NCBI GenBank assembly: GCA_963747235.1 | Contig: CAVVEU010000033.1 | Span: 223,282 to 287,281, forward strand | From: an uncultured Candidatus Rokubacteria bacterium | GTDB lineage: Bacteria; Methylomirabilota; Methylomirabilia; Rokubacteriales; CSP1-6 | DNA length: 64,000 nucleotides | Direction: 5' to 3' | Shown here: piece by piece, positions 10,927 to 20,528 of the stretch | How positions within the stretch are numbered: position 1 is the stretch's first letter | Layout: every line of letters starts with the position of its first letter | Notes under the pieces: model-generated | Databases searched by the model: none | The model's input: the letters and a program-made list of their open reading frames with translations, nothing else | Told to the model about the DNA's origin: nothing | Program-made: the position numbers and the translations under genes

Positions 10927-10985
10927 CGCTCTGGCTCCAAACGTTCGCGCTAACCGGCCGCCGAGGAGCGAAGCGACGAGGGATC

Positions 10986-11004
10986 CCGCAAGCGCAGCTT
11001 GCGG
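10986..11004 (-). terminator. perfect hairpin CCGCAAGC-GCA-GCTTGCGG downstream of the minus-strand methyltransferase operon
   Basis: 8-bp stem and 3-nt loop, 85 nt beyond the methyltransferase stop; no U-tract, as is common in high-GC genomes. Confidence 0.3.
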
Positions 11005-11088
11005 ACGGTCCGGTTGAGCGCGGGGTTAGGGGCCATCCTGGCCGGCGGGCGATACGGGCAGGCGGATACGCGGACGCGTGGCCTTGGG

Positions 11089-11907
11089 CTACGGTTGGGC
11101 GACCGCAATTTGACCTTCAATCGGGAATGCCAATCCGTCATCGTTCAAATAACTCTGCATTGCTTCGGTCACTTGACGGATCAATGCCTCACGCACGGCG
11201 TCGTCGACTTGGGCGACGTGGGTGGCCAGGGGCGAGCCCGCCACTTGATACCGGACGAACGCCGCGGGCGATGCAAAGCGGACCATTCGCACGTCTGCGC
11301 CCACGCGAACTGTTCGGAACCCTGCCTGCGTCAGCAAATCGCGAAGGCCGTCGGTGCGGTCACCAAACACAAACGGTGCGCGCATTACCGCAGCAGCTGC
11401 GGGGCTCACATTCAGTTCTAAGGCCGTCGCCAGGGCGGCAAAGCCAGGACTGTGGGCGAGCGCTCGCCAAACCAAGGTCACCAGGCGCCCAGTGGGCTTG
11501 AGGACCCGATGCATCTCGCGCGCAGCCTGTTGCCGGTCTGGGAAGTATTGGAACCCAAGCTGACAGAACACTGCATCAAAACTGCTCGTGTCAAACGGCA
11601 GCGCCCCGGCATCCCCTTCTCGCCAATCCACTGTCGCACCTCCGGGCGGCGCCGAGCCGCGGGCGCGGGCGAGCATGCCCGGGTTGAGATCAAGGCCTAC
11701 GACATGTCCCGTCGGTCCGACCTGTGGTGCGACCAAGCGCGTAACGGCGCCCGTGCCGCATGCAACGTCGAGCGCATGCTCACCCGCACGAAGTGCCGCT
11801 TGGGCCACGAGTACAGGTGCCCATGGCCCAAAGATGGCGGGCACGAGCTGAGTCTCGTAGACCTCTGGAGCATTGCCGCCGAGTTGCCACCCCTCCGCTT
11901 GACTCAT
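11089..11907 (-). CDS. class I SAM-dependent methyltransferase (Methyltransf_11/25-like)
   Basis: LDVACGTGAVTR motif I, DAVFC motif; probable start MSQAEGWQL. Confidence 0.85.
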   Translation of the reverse strand: MSQAEGWQLGGNAPEVYETQLVPAIFGPWAPVLVAQAALRAGEHALDVACGTGAVTRLVAPQVGPTGHVVGLDLNPGMLARARGSAPPGGATVDWREGDAGALPFDTSSFDAVFCQLGFQYFPDRQQAAREMHRVLKPTGRLVTLVWRALAHSPGFAALATALELNVSPAAAAVMRAPFVFGDRTDGLRDLLTQAGFRTVRVGADVRMVRFASPAAFVRYQVAGSPLATHVAQVDDAVREALIRQVTEAMQSYLNDDGLAFPIEGQIAVAQP

Positions 11908-11945
11908 CTGTGTCTCCTTTGTGGCCCCTACCGGCGGCTTATCCC

Positions 11946-12365
11946 TCATAGGGCTTTCTTCATCAGCGCGAGATAGAAGCCCTTGGCGTAGCCCTCAAGC
12001 CGGACTACCTCCTCGTAGCCATGCTTTTGGTAGAACCGCGGCGCCTGCCACTCGAAGGTCTCGAGAGCCGCGTTTCGCGCCCCCATCTCTCTCGCGAGAC
12101 ACTCGGCCTCAGTCAATAATCGGGAGCCGATGCCCCTCCCGCGCGCAGCCTCGTCAACCCAAAGAACTTCGACACGGAGCCAATAGAGCGCCACAATCGC
12201 TCGAATTCCACCTACGACGGACCCATCGGCCTCTCGGGCGTTGAGCCGAATGTACTCCGTCGCCGGGTACTCGCCGACATACGTATGGTTGAACTCGCGA
12301 AGCCGGCGACCAATCTCACCGGACTGAACCTCTTCTTCGGTGGCAAGCGAAATGGTGACAGTCAT
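11946..12365 (-). CDS. GNAT-family N-acetyltransferase
   Basis: ..VDEAARGRGIGSRLLTEAE.. acetyl-CoA binding motif (R-x-x-G-x-G/A); 139 aa. Confidence 0.85.
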   Translation of the reverse strand: MTVTISLATEEEVQSGEIGRRLREFNHTYVGEYPATEYIRLNAREADGSVVGGIRAIVALYWLRVEVLWVDEAARGRGIGSRLLTEAECLAREMGARNAALETFEWQAPRFYQKHGYEEVVRLEGYAKGFYLALMKKAL

Positions 12366-12380
12366 GAGGGATAACGTGCG

Positions 12381-12695
12381 TTAGGTGGAATACGCAGGGC
12401 CACCTACGCCAGGAACCACCATCGTTTTAAGGATTACCGATTCCCGGTCGGTTGCCAACGACAACAGCTCGAGGTCAGCGCGATAGGCAGCGAACTGTTC
12501 CTGACCAGGGAAGCTGACAAGATGTATCTCAAACGGGATATCCGGCGAATTCTCTTGCCCCGTGCGAATCACCTTTTCGATTGAGCCGCCATACTTCCTC
12601 ATGATTCGGGCCGCCTTTCGCTCATAGGCTTCGAATTCAGCAACGGCGCCTGGGCGGACCCACAGACTTACGACCCGATAGATTGGACTCTGCAC
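12381..12695 (-). CDS. DUF1330-domain protein
   Basis: About 104 aa; ..EFEAYERKAARIMRKYGGSIEKVIRTG..EIHLVSFPGQEQFAAYRADLE.. typical of DUF1330 (dimeric alpha/beta barrel). Confidence 0.65.
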   Translation of the reverse strand: MQSPIYRVVSLWVRPGAVAEFEAYERKAARIMRKYGGSIEKVIRTGQENSPDIPFEIHLVSFPGQEQFAAYRADLELLSLATDRESVILKTMVVPGVGGPAYST

Positions 12696-12797
12696 TCAAA
12701 CCTCCAAGCCCACCCAACGATTTGTTAGACGCCCTCAAACGGCAACTAGCCACCGCGAGTACACACCCTCTATCAGGTCAGTACCTGTCACATGTGC

Positions 12798-13250
12798 TCA
12801 GCGGGAAGTCTGCTGCCCGAGCTCTTGGGCAAGCCCGATGAGAATTCCTTCGGGGCCGCGGATGTAGCAGAGCCGATACATGTCTTCGTACTGGACCACT
12901 TTGCCGACGAGCTCCGCGCCGCGTTTGCCGAGCCGGGCGAGCGTATCGTCGACGTCCTCCACGGTGAACATGACGCGCAGGTAACCGAGAGCGTTCACCG
13001 GGGCGCTGCGGTGATCGGCGACCACAGGCGGCGCGAGAAATCGGGACATCTCGAGCCGGCTGTGACCGTCCGGTGTACGCATCATGGCAATCTCGACGCG
13101 CATGTCGCGCAATCCAGTGACGCCATCTGCCCAGGCTCCTTCGATTGGAGCGCGCCCCTCGAGCTCGAGGCCAAGTTCGGTGAAGAACTCAATGGCGGCG
13201 TCGATGTCTTCTACCACGATGCCGACGTTGTCCATACGCTTCACCGTCAT
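12798..13250 (-). CDS. VOC-family protein (glyoxalase/bleomycin-resistance fold)
   Basis: MDNVGIVVEDIDAAIEFFTELGLELEGR..; 150 aa. Confidence 0.8.
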   Translation of the reverse strand: MTVKRMDNVGIVVEDIDAAIEFFTELGLELEGRAPIEGAWADGVTGLRDMRVEIAMMRTPDGHSRLEMSRFLAPPVVADHRSAPVNALGYLRVMFTVEDVDDTLARLGKRGAELVGKVVQYEDMYRLCYIRGPEGILIGLAQELGQQTSR

Positions 13251-13261
13251 GATGTCTCCTT

Positions 13262-13337
13262 GGCGTCTAACGATCCCGCTCAGCGGCCGGGGTGAGCAAC
13301 GCGAACCCCGGTCCGCTGCAGTGGGAAGTTAGACGCC
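13262..13337. repeat. 10-bp perfect inverted repeat GGCGTCTAAC...GTTAGACGCC flanking a nested GC hairpin; a third copy of the 10-mer at 12724-12733
   Basis: Direct reading of the sequence; sits between the VOC gene start and the small membrane gene stop, and the third copy lies in the DUF1330 promoter region. Confidence 0.6.
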
Positions 13338-13595
13338 TCACTGCGACAAGCCGCGGGCCAACATGTAAATACCGGCCGCACCCACCAGGACCGACACCAC
13401 GCCAATCGCTCGGGTGACAAGCACGTAAGCCCGACTCCCTAAGTACCGCGCTCCCGAACGGGTCACGGCAATTCCCTCGGCTCTGGGGGCCAGGCGCCGC
13501 TGATTCGACTCGGCCGTCGACAGGCAGTAAATGCCTACAACCACAAACACCACGCTCACGAACCAGGGAAATACAGAACTGAGAACGTGTCCCAC
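13338..13595 (-). CDS. small hypothetical membrane protein (two TM helices)
   Basis: 85 aa, two hydrophobic helices; no family recognised. Confidence 0.4.
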   Translation of the reverse strand: MGHVLSSVFPWFVSVVFVVVGIYCLSTAESNQRRLAPRAEGIAVTRSGARYLGSRAYVLVTRAIGVVSVLVGAAGIYMLARGLSQ

Positions 13596-13659
13596 TCTGC
13601 CCTACCCCCTCAATCCCGGGCCCCCACCAGTGCGTCTCTAACTAGAAGTATCTAGGTCT

Positions 13660-13707
13660 GGATAATTCGGCCGGGCGCGGGCTTGATGCGGATAATCCGG
13701 CCGGGCG
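13660..13707. promoter_or_regulatory. direct repeats GGATAATTCGGCCGGGCG / GGATAATCCGGCCGGGCG (30-bp periodicity) upstream of the FecR-OmpA pair
   Basis: Two 18-bp copies with one mismatch; each contains a GATAAT hexamer (Fur-box-like unit). Confidence 0.4.
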
Positions 13708-13926
13708 GACCGGGGCGGTTTGGCTGGAGCGGCTTTGGGGGATGCGGGGTTGCGCATGGTCCCGTGGTGCGGGTCTAGTTTTACACAGACCTGGACATTT
13801 CTGGATGGGAGCTCGGGGGACGGGGTGCGGGAGTTCCGGCCGACGGGTTCGACGCTTTGCGCTATGATGAGGCGCTCTCGGCCCGGATGCGCTCGGGCCT
13901 CGATCCCCGCAGTCGAAGGAGACGGT

Positions 13927-14376
13927 ATGAAGCGCATGGTTCTCTCGCTGGTCGTGGTGGTGGCGGCTCTCGGGGTGGCGCCGGCGGGCGCTCAGGAGGC
14001 CGGGCATATCAAGGTGGCCAAGGGCGCGGTGCAGATCGAGCGGGCCGGGCAGAAGGTGCCGGCCACGCTGGGCGCGGTGGTGCAGGCCGGTGACGTGGTG
14101 GTGACGGGGGCCGATGGGTCGGTGGGCATCACCTTCCTGGACAACAGCCTGCTGTCCGCGGGGCCCAACAGCGTGCTCGCGATCGATCGCTTCGCCTTCG
14201 ACTCGACCACGCACCAGGGCTCCTTCGAGAGCTCGCTCAAGAAGGGCACGCTCGCCGTCGTCTCCGGCAAGCTCGCCAAGCAGTCGCCGGACGCCATGAA
14301 GGTGAAGACGCCCGCCGCGGTGCTGGGCGTGCGCGGCACCGAGTTCCTCGTCCGCACCGGCGACCCGAAGAACTGA
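13927..14376 (+). CDS. FecR-domain protein (periplasmic, signal peptide)
   Basis: MKRMVLSLVVVVAALGVAPAGAQ signal; ..GDVVVTGADGSVGITFLDNSLLSAGPNSVLAI..VLGVRGTEFLV.. FecR/DUF4880-like beta-sandwich motif; RBS GGAGAC. Confidence 0.7.
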   Translation: MKRMVLSLVVVVAALGVAPAGAQEAGHIKVAKGAVQIERAGQKVPATLGAVVQAGDVVVTGADGSVGITFLDNSLLSAGPNSVLAIDRFAFDSTTHQGSFESSLKKGTLAVVSGKLAKQSPDAMKVKTPAAVLGVRGTEFLVRTGDPKN

Positions 14377-14390
14377 CGCGCGGCGCGGCG

Positions 14391-14991
14391 ATGGCCAGCC
14401 GGGCCGCCCTCGCGGCGCTCGCACTGCTCCTCCTGGTGGGCTGCGCCAAGCCCATGCGCGACGATCTCTACGTGCTGATGCCGGACAAGGACGGCAAGAC
14501 CGGCGTGCTCAGCGTGGAGAGCGGCGGCCAGCAGGCCGTCCTCGATCAGCCCTATGCCTCCGCGCGCGTGACGGAGCCGGGCCGCGTGGCGGCGGGCCCG
14601 ATCACGGAGCAGGAGGCCCGCCGGGCCTTCTCGGGCGCGCTGGACGCGCAGCCGCCGCGGCCGACGTCCTTCATCCTCTACTTCCTCGAGGGCCGGGACG
14701 AGCTGACCCCGGACTCCCGCCAGCTCCTCGGCCGCATCGTGGACGAGATCGCCCGGCGGCCCGCGCCGGAGATCATCGTCATCGGCCACACCGACCGGGT
14801 CGGCGCGGTGCCCTACAACGACACGCTCTCGCTCCGGCGCGCCGAGCGGGTGCGGGACGAGCTGGTGAAGGTCGGCATCGCGGCCGACCGCATCCGGGTG
14901 GAAGGGCGCGGGGAGCGCGAGCCGCTCGTGCCGACGCCGGACGAGGTGGCCGGAGCCGCGGAATCGGCGGGTGGAGATCAACGTCCGGTAG
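14391..14991 (+). CDS. OmpA-family lipoprotein, apparent frameshift near 14950
   Basis: Lipobox LLVGCA; OmpA C-domain IVIGHTDRVGAVPYNDTLSLRRAERVRDELVKVGIAADRIRVEGRGEREPL; canonical end ..EPRNRRVEINVR* only in the +1 frame (TAG 14989-14991). Confidence 0.75.
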
Positions 14992-14992
14992 A

Positions 14993-15041
14993 GCCCCTCA
15001 GGGGCCCCTCACCCTGCCCTCTCCCCTGAGGGGAGAGGGAG
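14993..15041. repeat. dispersed palindromic repeat, copy B
   Basis: CCCCTCAGGGGCCCCTCACCCTGCCCTCTCCCCTGAGGGGAGAGGGAGAG between convergent genes. Confidence 0.85.
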
Positions 15042-15043
15042 AG

Positions 15044-17190
15044 TCAGGTGCCGGTGTAGCGGATGATCAGGACCGCCATGTCGTCTGACGGCTCGGTGCC
15101 ACCGGTGAAGGCGGCCACGTCGCGGCGGATCGCTTCACCCACCTCGGCCGCGCTCGCCGCCCCGCCCACGCGACCCAGCAGCGCGTGGAGCCGCTCCCGG
15201 CCGTAGAGCTGCCCGTCGGGGCCGGCCGCCTCGGTGATGCCGTCGGTGAACAGGCACAGCGTGTCGCCGGGCTCGAGCCGGCGCGTCGCCGGCACGTAGG
15301 GAAACCCGTCCACCGCAGCAGAGCGGCGGGCCCCCGCCCTCGGCCAGGCGGCAGCAGCGCGCGGCCGCCGCGCGGGAGCAGCAGCGGCGGCTCGTGGCCC
15401 GCGCTGCAGTACTCGAGCTCGCCGGTGCGGGCGTCGAGGATGCCGGCCAGCACCGTGACGAAGAGGTCCTCCGCGTTGTCGCGCGAGATCTCCGCGTTGG
15501 CCTCGCGCATCATCACCGCCACCTGGCCGTGCCGGCGCAGCGCGGTGCTCTTGTAGAGCGCCTTGCTGATCGCCATGAAGAGGCTGCCGGGCAGGCCCTT
15601 GCCCGAGACGTCGCCGATCATGAAGAAGAGATGGTCGGCATCCAGCAGAAAGAAGTCGTACAGGTCGCCGCCGACCTCGCGCGCGGGCTCCAGCATCGCG
15701 TACAGATCGAAGCGGCGTCTCGCCCGGAAAGGCGGCCGCCGCGCGCGGCAGGGTGCCCATCTGGATCCGGCGCGCGGCCTCCAGCTCGCCGGCCAGCCGC
15801 GCCGCCGCCTCCCGCTGCTGCTCCACCTGCCGGCGCAGCGCGCGACGCTGCGTCTGGGTCTCGGTGAGGGTGACCACGAGCATCATGGAGAACAGCAGGG
15901 CGAGGGCCACGGAGGGGACGGCGACGTCCAGGAGGACGCCCATCCTCAGATAGAGGAGCAGCCCGAACCCCGCCATCGCCGCGACCAGGACGGCGAGCAG
16001 TCCCACCGACGCGCGGGCCGGCAGCCGCGGCACCAGCCCGATGAGGAGCAGTCCGCCGACCAGCAGCCAGCCGATCTCGATCCACCGGACGAACCGCGGA
16101 CGCGAGAGCAGCGATCCCTCCACGATGTTCTCGAGCAGCTGGGCGTGGATCTCGACGCCCGCCATGTGATCGCCCACCGGCGTCGCCAGATGATCCGACA
16201 AGCCGAGCGCGGTCACGCCGATGAGCACCAGGCGACCCTGGAAGAGGCTCGCATCCGCCTGGCCCGCGAGCACGTCGGCCGCCGACACGAAGCGATCGGG
16301 ATCGTGCCGGGTGTAGTGGACCCAGGCGCTGCCGTCCGGGTCGCTGGGAGCCACGAAGGCGCCCACCCCCACCGACTGGATGCCGCGCGGCGGAGACGCG
16401 CACCGAGATCGGGGGCCCGCCTTCCCGCCACGCGGAGCATCTCGAGGCCGAGCGACGGAACCAGCCGCGCCGGCCGACCATGGCCAGCAGGGGGACGCGG
16501 CGGACCACCCCACGCTCCAGGTCCACGCTGGTCAGGCCGTGGCCGAGCGCGGCACGGTCGATCTCATCCACGCTGTGCAGCGCGGCCTCGAAGCGACGGA
16601 GGAAGGGCGCGGGATCGCCGCCGATCGAGCGCACCGGCGCGTGACGGACCTCGGTCGTCGCCTCCGGCGCGCGGCTCTCGAGGCCGGCGATGCCGAGCAC
16701 CACCGGTTGCCCGCGCATCGCCTCGGCCAGCACCGTGTCGTTCCCGCGCAACCGCGAGAGCCGCTGCGCCATGTCGGCGTCCAATGCCGGCCACCATCTC
16801 GGGCAGCCGGGCCGGCGAGAGACGGTCGGGCTCCGCCATGAGGATGGCCAGGCCGATGGCGGCCGGCCGCGCGGCCGCGACCGTCCCCACGATTCGCGCC
16901 AGCCAGGTGCGCGGCCACGGCCACTGCCCGTGCTGCCGCAGGCTCTCCTCGTCGATGGCGACGATGACCACCGGGGCCGTGCGCGGGACGCGCGGGTGGA
17001 GGCTCTGGTAGGTGTCGAACGTGCTAGCGCGCAGCAGGCGGAGCCCCGGCAGCTCCGGCAGCAGCAGCCCGAGCAGGAGCGCGGCCAGCAGCAGCGCGCC
17101 GGCCGGCCGGCCGCGCCCGCCCAGGAGCGCGCGGGCCCACCGCCGCTCCGCCCAGTGCGAGGCGGCCGCGGGCCGCTGGTCGGACGACGT
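15044..17190 (-). CDS. CHASE2 sensor domain + PP2C/SpoIIE serine phosphatase (RsbU/RsbP-like), at least three apparent frameshifts; start approximate
   Basis: N-terminal TM + CHASE2 (..VVIVAIDEESLRQHGQWPWPRTWLARI..), several TM helices, then PP2C (..LEPAREVGGDLYDFFLLDADHLFFMIGDVSGKGLPGSLFMA.. and ..PGDTLCLFTDGITEA..) across three frames. Confidence 0.7.
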
Positions 17191-17210
17191 CGATGCTCAG
17201 GCCGGTCTCC

Positions 17211-18167
17211 TCAGAGCGCGAGCTCCAGGCCGTCGTAGGCGGCCCAGACCTCCACGCGGTGATCGGTCCGCGTGATCTCCTCGAGCCGGCGCGTCTCGGC
17301 CAGCAGCCGGGCGATGCGCTCGTCGTCGAAGATCGGCTCGTGGTGATAGAGGCAGAGGCGGCGGGCCCGCGCGAGCTGGCACATCTCCACGCCCACCACG
17401 TTGCTCGAGTGCCCCCAGTCCTCCTTGACCGAGATGGCGTCGGCGAGCGAGTACTGGGCGTCGAAGATCACGAGGTCGGCGTCGCGGAAGAACTCCACGA
17501 ACGCGGCCACCTCGTCCGGGTCGTCCTGCTTGTGCTCGGAGTCGGTGGAGTAGACGACCACCTTGCCGCGCTGCTCGATGCGGTAGCCGTAGGAATCGCC
17601 GCCGTGGTGCTGGCGCTTCGCCCGGACGCGGAGGCCCGCGATGTCGTAGTTCCGCTCGGGCTCGAGCCGCACGAACTCGATGCGCGCTTCCATCCTCGAG
17701 AAGTCCACCGGGAAGGACGGGGCGCGGTTCTGCCGGCGGAACGCTTCCTCCAGCGTGTCGTGGCAGCCGTAGATCGTCACGTGGTTGCCGGGCAGGTACG
17801 CGGGCATGAAGAACGGGAAGCCCATGATGTGGTCCCAGTGCAGGTGCGACATGAAGACGTGGAACCGGTGCCCGGAGGGCCCGCGCGTGGCGAGCAGCGA
17901 GTTGCCGAAGGCCCGCGCGCCGCTGCCCAGGTCGCAGAGCACGTAGTCGGCGCCGTCGGTCTCGAGCTGCACGCAGGAGGAGTTGCCCCCGAAGGTGTGG
18001 GAGACCGAGAAGTCGAGCTCGTTCTCGACGAAGGCGCGCGCCTTGCCCGGGGTGTCGAGCCCGCGGCCCGCCGCGGCCACCAGCGCGGTGACGAGCTTGC
18101 GCTGCACCTCGGCGGAGGTCATGGCCACCGGGATCGAGCCGCGGGTGCCCCAGAAGCGGACGCGCAC
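17211..18167 (-). CDS. MBL-fold metallo-hydrolase
   Basis: GTG start VRVRFWGTRGSIP; HxHxDH motif (SHLHWDHIMG); 318 aa. Confidence 0.8.
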   Translation of the reverse strand: MRVRFWGTRGSIPVAMTSAEVQRKLVTALVAAAGRGLDTPGKARAFVENELDFSVSHTFGGNSSCVQLETDGADYVLCDLGSGARAFGNSLLATRGPSGHRFHVFMSHLHWDHIMGFPFFMPAYLPGNHVTIYGCHDTLEEAFRRQNRAPSFPVDFSRMEARIEFVRLEPERNYDIAGLRVRAKRQHHGGDSYGYRIEQRGKVVVYSTDSEHKQDDPDEVAAFVEFFRDADLVIFDAQYSLADAISVKEDWGHSSNVVGVEMCQLARARRLCLYHHEPIFDDERIARLLAETRRLEEITRTDHRVEVWAAYDGLELAL

Positions 18168-18175
18168 GCCCGGCC

Positions 18176-18551
18176 TCAGGCCGACTCGAAGGCGGCCAGC
18201 GCGGCGGGCGAGAGCTTGGCCAGGGCCTCCCGCAGCGTGGGGAAGACCTCGAGGACCAGGTTGAAGCGGCTGATCTCGAAGATCTCGCGCACCACCGGCT
18301 GCAGGTCCGCCACCGCGAGCGCGCCGCCCTGGGCCTTCACCTGCTTGCTCGCGAGCATGAGCACGCGCAGCCCGACGCTGCTGATGTACTCCACCCCGGC
18401 CAGGTCGATCACCGCGCGATCGCGCCCGGATGCGACGGCGGCCAGATGCGGCGCCAGCGCGGCCTTGAAGGCGTCCGCGCGTCGCGTGATCGATCCGCCC
18501 GGTAGGAAAGAGCGCCACGGTGTCGGCGAAGCGCTTTGTGGCCAGCTCCAT
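18176..18551 (-). CDS. STAS-domain anti-sigma-factor antagonist (RsbV/SpoIIAA-like), apparent frameshift near 18490
   Basis: MELATKRFADTVALFPTGRID.. then, after the shift, ..ADAFKAALAPHLAAVASGRDRAVIDLAGVEYISSVGLRVLM.. (conserved phospho-Ser region). Confidence 0.7.
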
Positions 18552-18599
18552 GGGGGACCGATTCTAACACCGGGGCCGGCTGTGGCACACTGGGACGTC

Positions 18600-19833
18600 T
18601 TGGACAAATCAGACCTCCTCAGCCAGTTGCGTATCGACCGCGGGGCGGACCGTCCGCCGCGCCGGCGCACCCGTCTGTACATCATCCTCGCGGCGGCCGG
18701 TGCTCCTCCTGGGCGGCGGGCTCTGGTTCGGCGTGCTCCGCGCGCGGCCCCTGGTGGTGCAGACCGCGGTGGCGCGCGCGGCCGGCCAGGGCGGCGGGGC
18801 CGGCTCGGTGCTCGACGCGAGCGGCTACGTCACCGCCCGGCGCCAGGCCACCGTCTCCGCCAAGATCACCGGCAAGGTGACCGAGGTGCTGATCGAGGAA
18901 GGCCAGCGCGTGCGCGAGGGCGCGGTGCTCGCCCGGCTCGACGACACCGAGGCGCAGGCGCAGCTCGGGCTCACGCGGGCCCAGCTCGTCGCCGCGCGCT
19001 CCCAGCTCGCCGAGGTCCAGGCCCAGCTCGTCCAGGCCGAGCAGGACCACGCGCGCCAGAAGGAGCTCCACGACCGCAAGCTCATCGCGCCGCAGGCGCT
19101 CGACGCCGCGCTGGCCCAGCGCGACATGCTGCGGGCGCGCCTGGGCGCCACCGAGGAGCAGGTCAAGGTCGCGCAGCAGTCGCAGTCGGTCGCCCAGGTG
19201 CAGCTCGACAACACGGTGATCCGCGCCCCGTTCAGCGGCGTGGTCATCGCCAAGTCGGCGCAGCCCGGCGAGATGATCTCGCCGATCTCGGCGGGCGGCG
19301 GCTTCACGCGCACCGGCATCGGCACCATCGTGGACATGGACTCGCTGGAGATCCAGGTGGACGTCAACGAGTCCTACATCAACCGCGTGACCCCCGGCCA
19401 GCCGGTGGAGGCGACGCTCAACGCCTATCCGGACTGGAAGATCCCCGGCGAGGTGATCGCGATCATCCCGACCGCGGACCGGAGCAAGGCCACCGTCAAG
19501 GTCCGCATCGCGATCAAGACGAAGGACGCGCGCATCGTGCCCGACATGGGCGCGCGCGTGGGCTTTCTCGACAGCAAGCCCGCGGCCGGGGCGCCGGCCC
19601 CCGCCCCCAGCGTGCTGGTGCCGGCGGACGCGGTGCGCACCGAGGGCGACGCGTCGGTGGTCTTCGTCTACACCGCGAGCGGCAAGGTCGAGCGGCGGAG
19701 CGTGACGCTGGGACCCGACGTCTCCGGCCAGCGTCGCGTGCTGAGCGGCCTGCGCGACGGCGAGCGCGTGGTGCTCGCCCCGCCGCCCACGCTGGCCGAC
19801 GGCCAGGCGGTGAAGCCGGCCGAGAGCAAGTGA
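18600..19833 (+). CDS. efflux transporter periplasmic adaptor subunit (HlyD/MacA family), apparent frameshift near 18700
   Basis: N-terminal ..DKSDLLSQLRIDRGADRPPRRRTRLYIIL.. + TM, coiled-coil hairpin, lipoyl/beta-barrel domains (..VIRAPFSGVVIAKSAQPGE..); the TTG start is tentative. Confidence 0.8.
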
Positions 19834-20528
19834 GCGCGGTGCCCACCCTGGTCGAGATCCGCGGCGTCACCAAGGTCTACAAGCGCGGCCGCGAGCGCAT
19901 CGAGGTGCTGCACGGCATCGATCTCGACATCCCGAGCGGGGACTTCGTGGCCCTCATGGGGCCGTCGGGCTCGGGCAAGACCACGCTGCTGAACCTGATC
20001 GGCGGGCTCGACACCCCGACCGACGGCAGCATCACGGTGGGGGACCGGCGCATCGATCGGCTCTCGGGCGGGGAGCTGGCCGCCTGGCGGGCCGGCCACG
20101 TGGGCTTCGTCTTCCAGTTCTACAACCTGCTGCCCGCGCTCTCGGCCCAGCGGAACGTGGAGCTGCCGCTGCTCCTGACCGATCTCTCCGCGTCCGAGCG
20201 CCGCCGGCGCGCCCACATCGCGCTGACGCTGGTCGGCCTCGAGGATCGCGCCCGGCACAAGCCGCGCGAGCTCTCGGGCGGCCAGGAGCAGCGCGTGGCC
20301 ATCGCGCGCGCCATCGTCTCCGATCCCACCCTGCTGGTCTGCGACGAGCCCACCGGCGATCTCGACCGCGCCACCGCCGACGAGGTGCTGCGCCTCATCC
20401 AGATGCTCAACCGCGAGCACGGCAAGACGGTGGTGATGGTCACCCACGATCCCAAGGCCGCGGAGTACGCGCGGCGGCGCGTGCACCTCGACAAGGGGAC
20501 GATGACCGCGGAGCCCGTCTCCGCGTGA
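19830..20528 (+). CDS. ABC transporter ATP-binding protein (MacB/LolD-type)
   Basis: GPSGSGKTT, LSGGQEQRVAIARA, LLVCDEPTGDLD; GTG start overlaps the adaptor stop. Confidence 0.9.
   Translation: MSAVPTLVEIRGVTKVYKRGRERIEVLHGIDLDIPSGDFVALMGPSGSGKTTLLNLIGGLDTPTDGSITVGDRRIDRLSGGELAAWRAGHVGFVFQFYNLLPALSAQRNVELPLLLTDLSASERRRRAHIALTLVGLEDRARHKPRELSGGQEQRVAIARAIVSDPTLLVCDEPTGDLDRATADEVLRLIQMLNREHGKTVVMVTHDPKAAEYARRRVHLDKGTMTAEPVSA

Noticed and set aside
12792-13295. Plus-strand 167-aa ORF
   Set aside because: Antisense to the VOC-family gene 12798-13250, which has a canonical glyoxalase-fold N-terminus.
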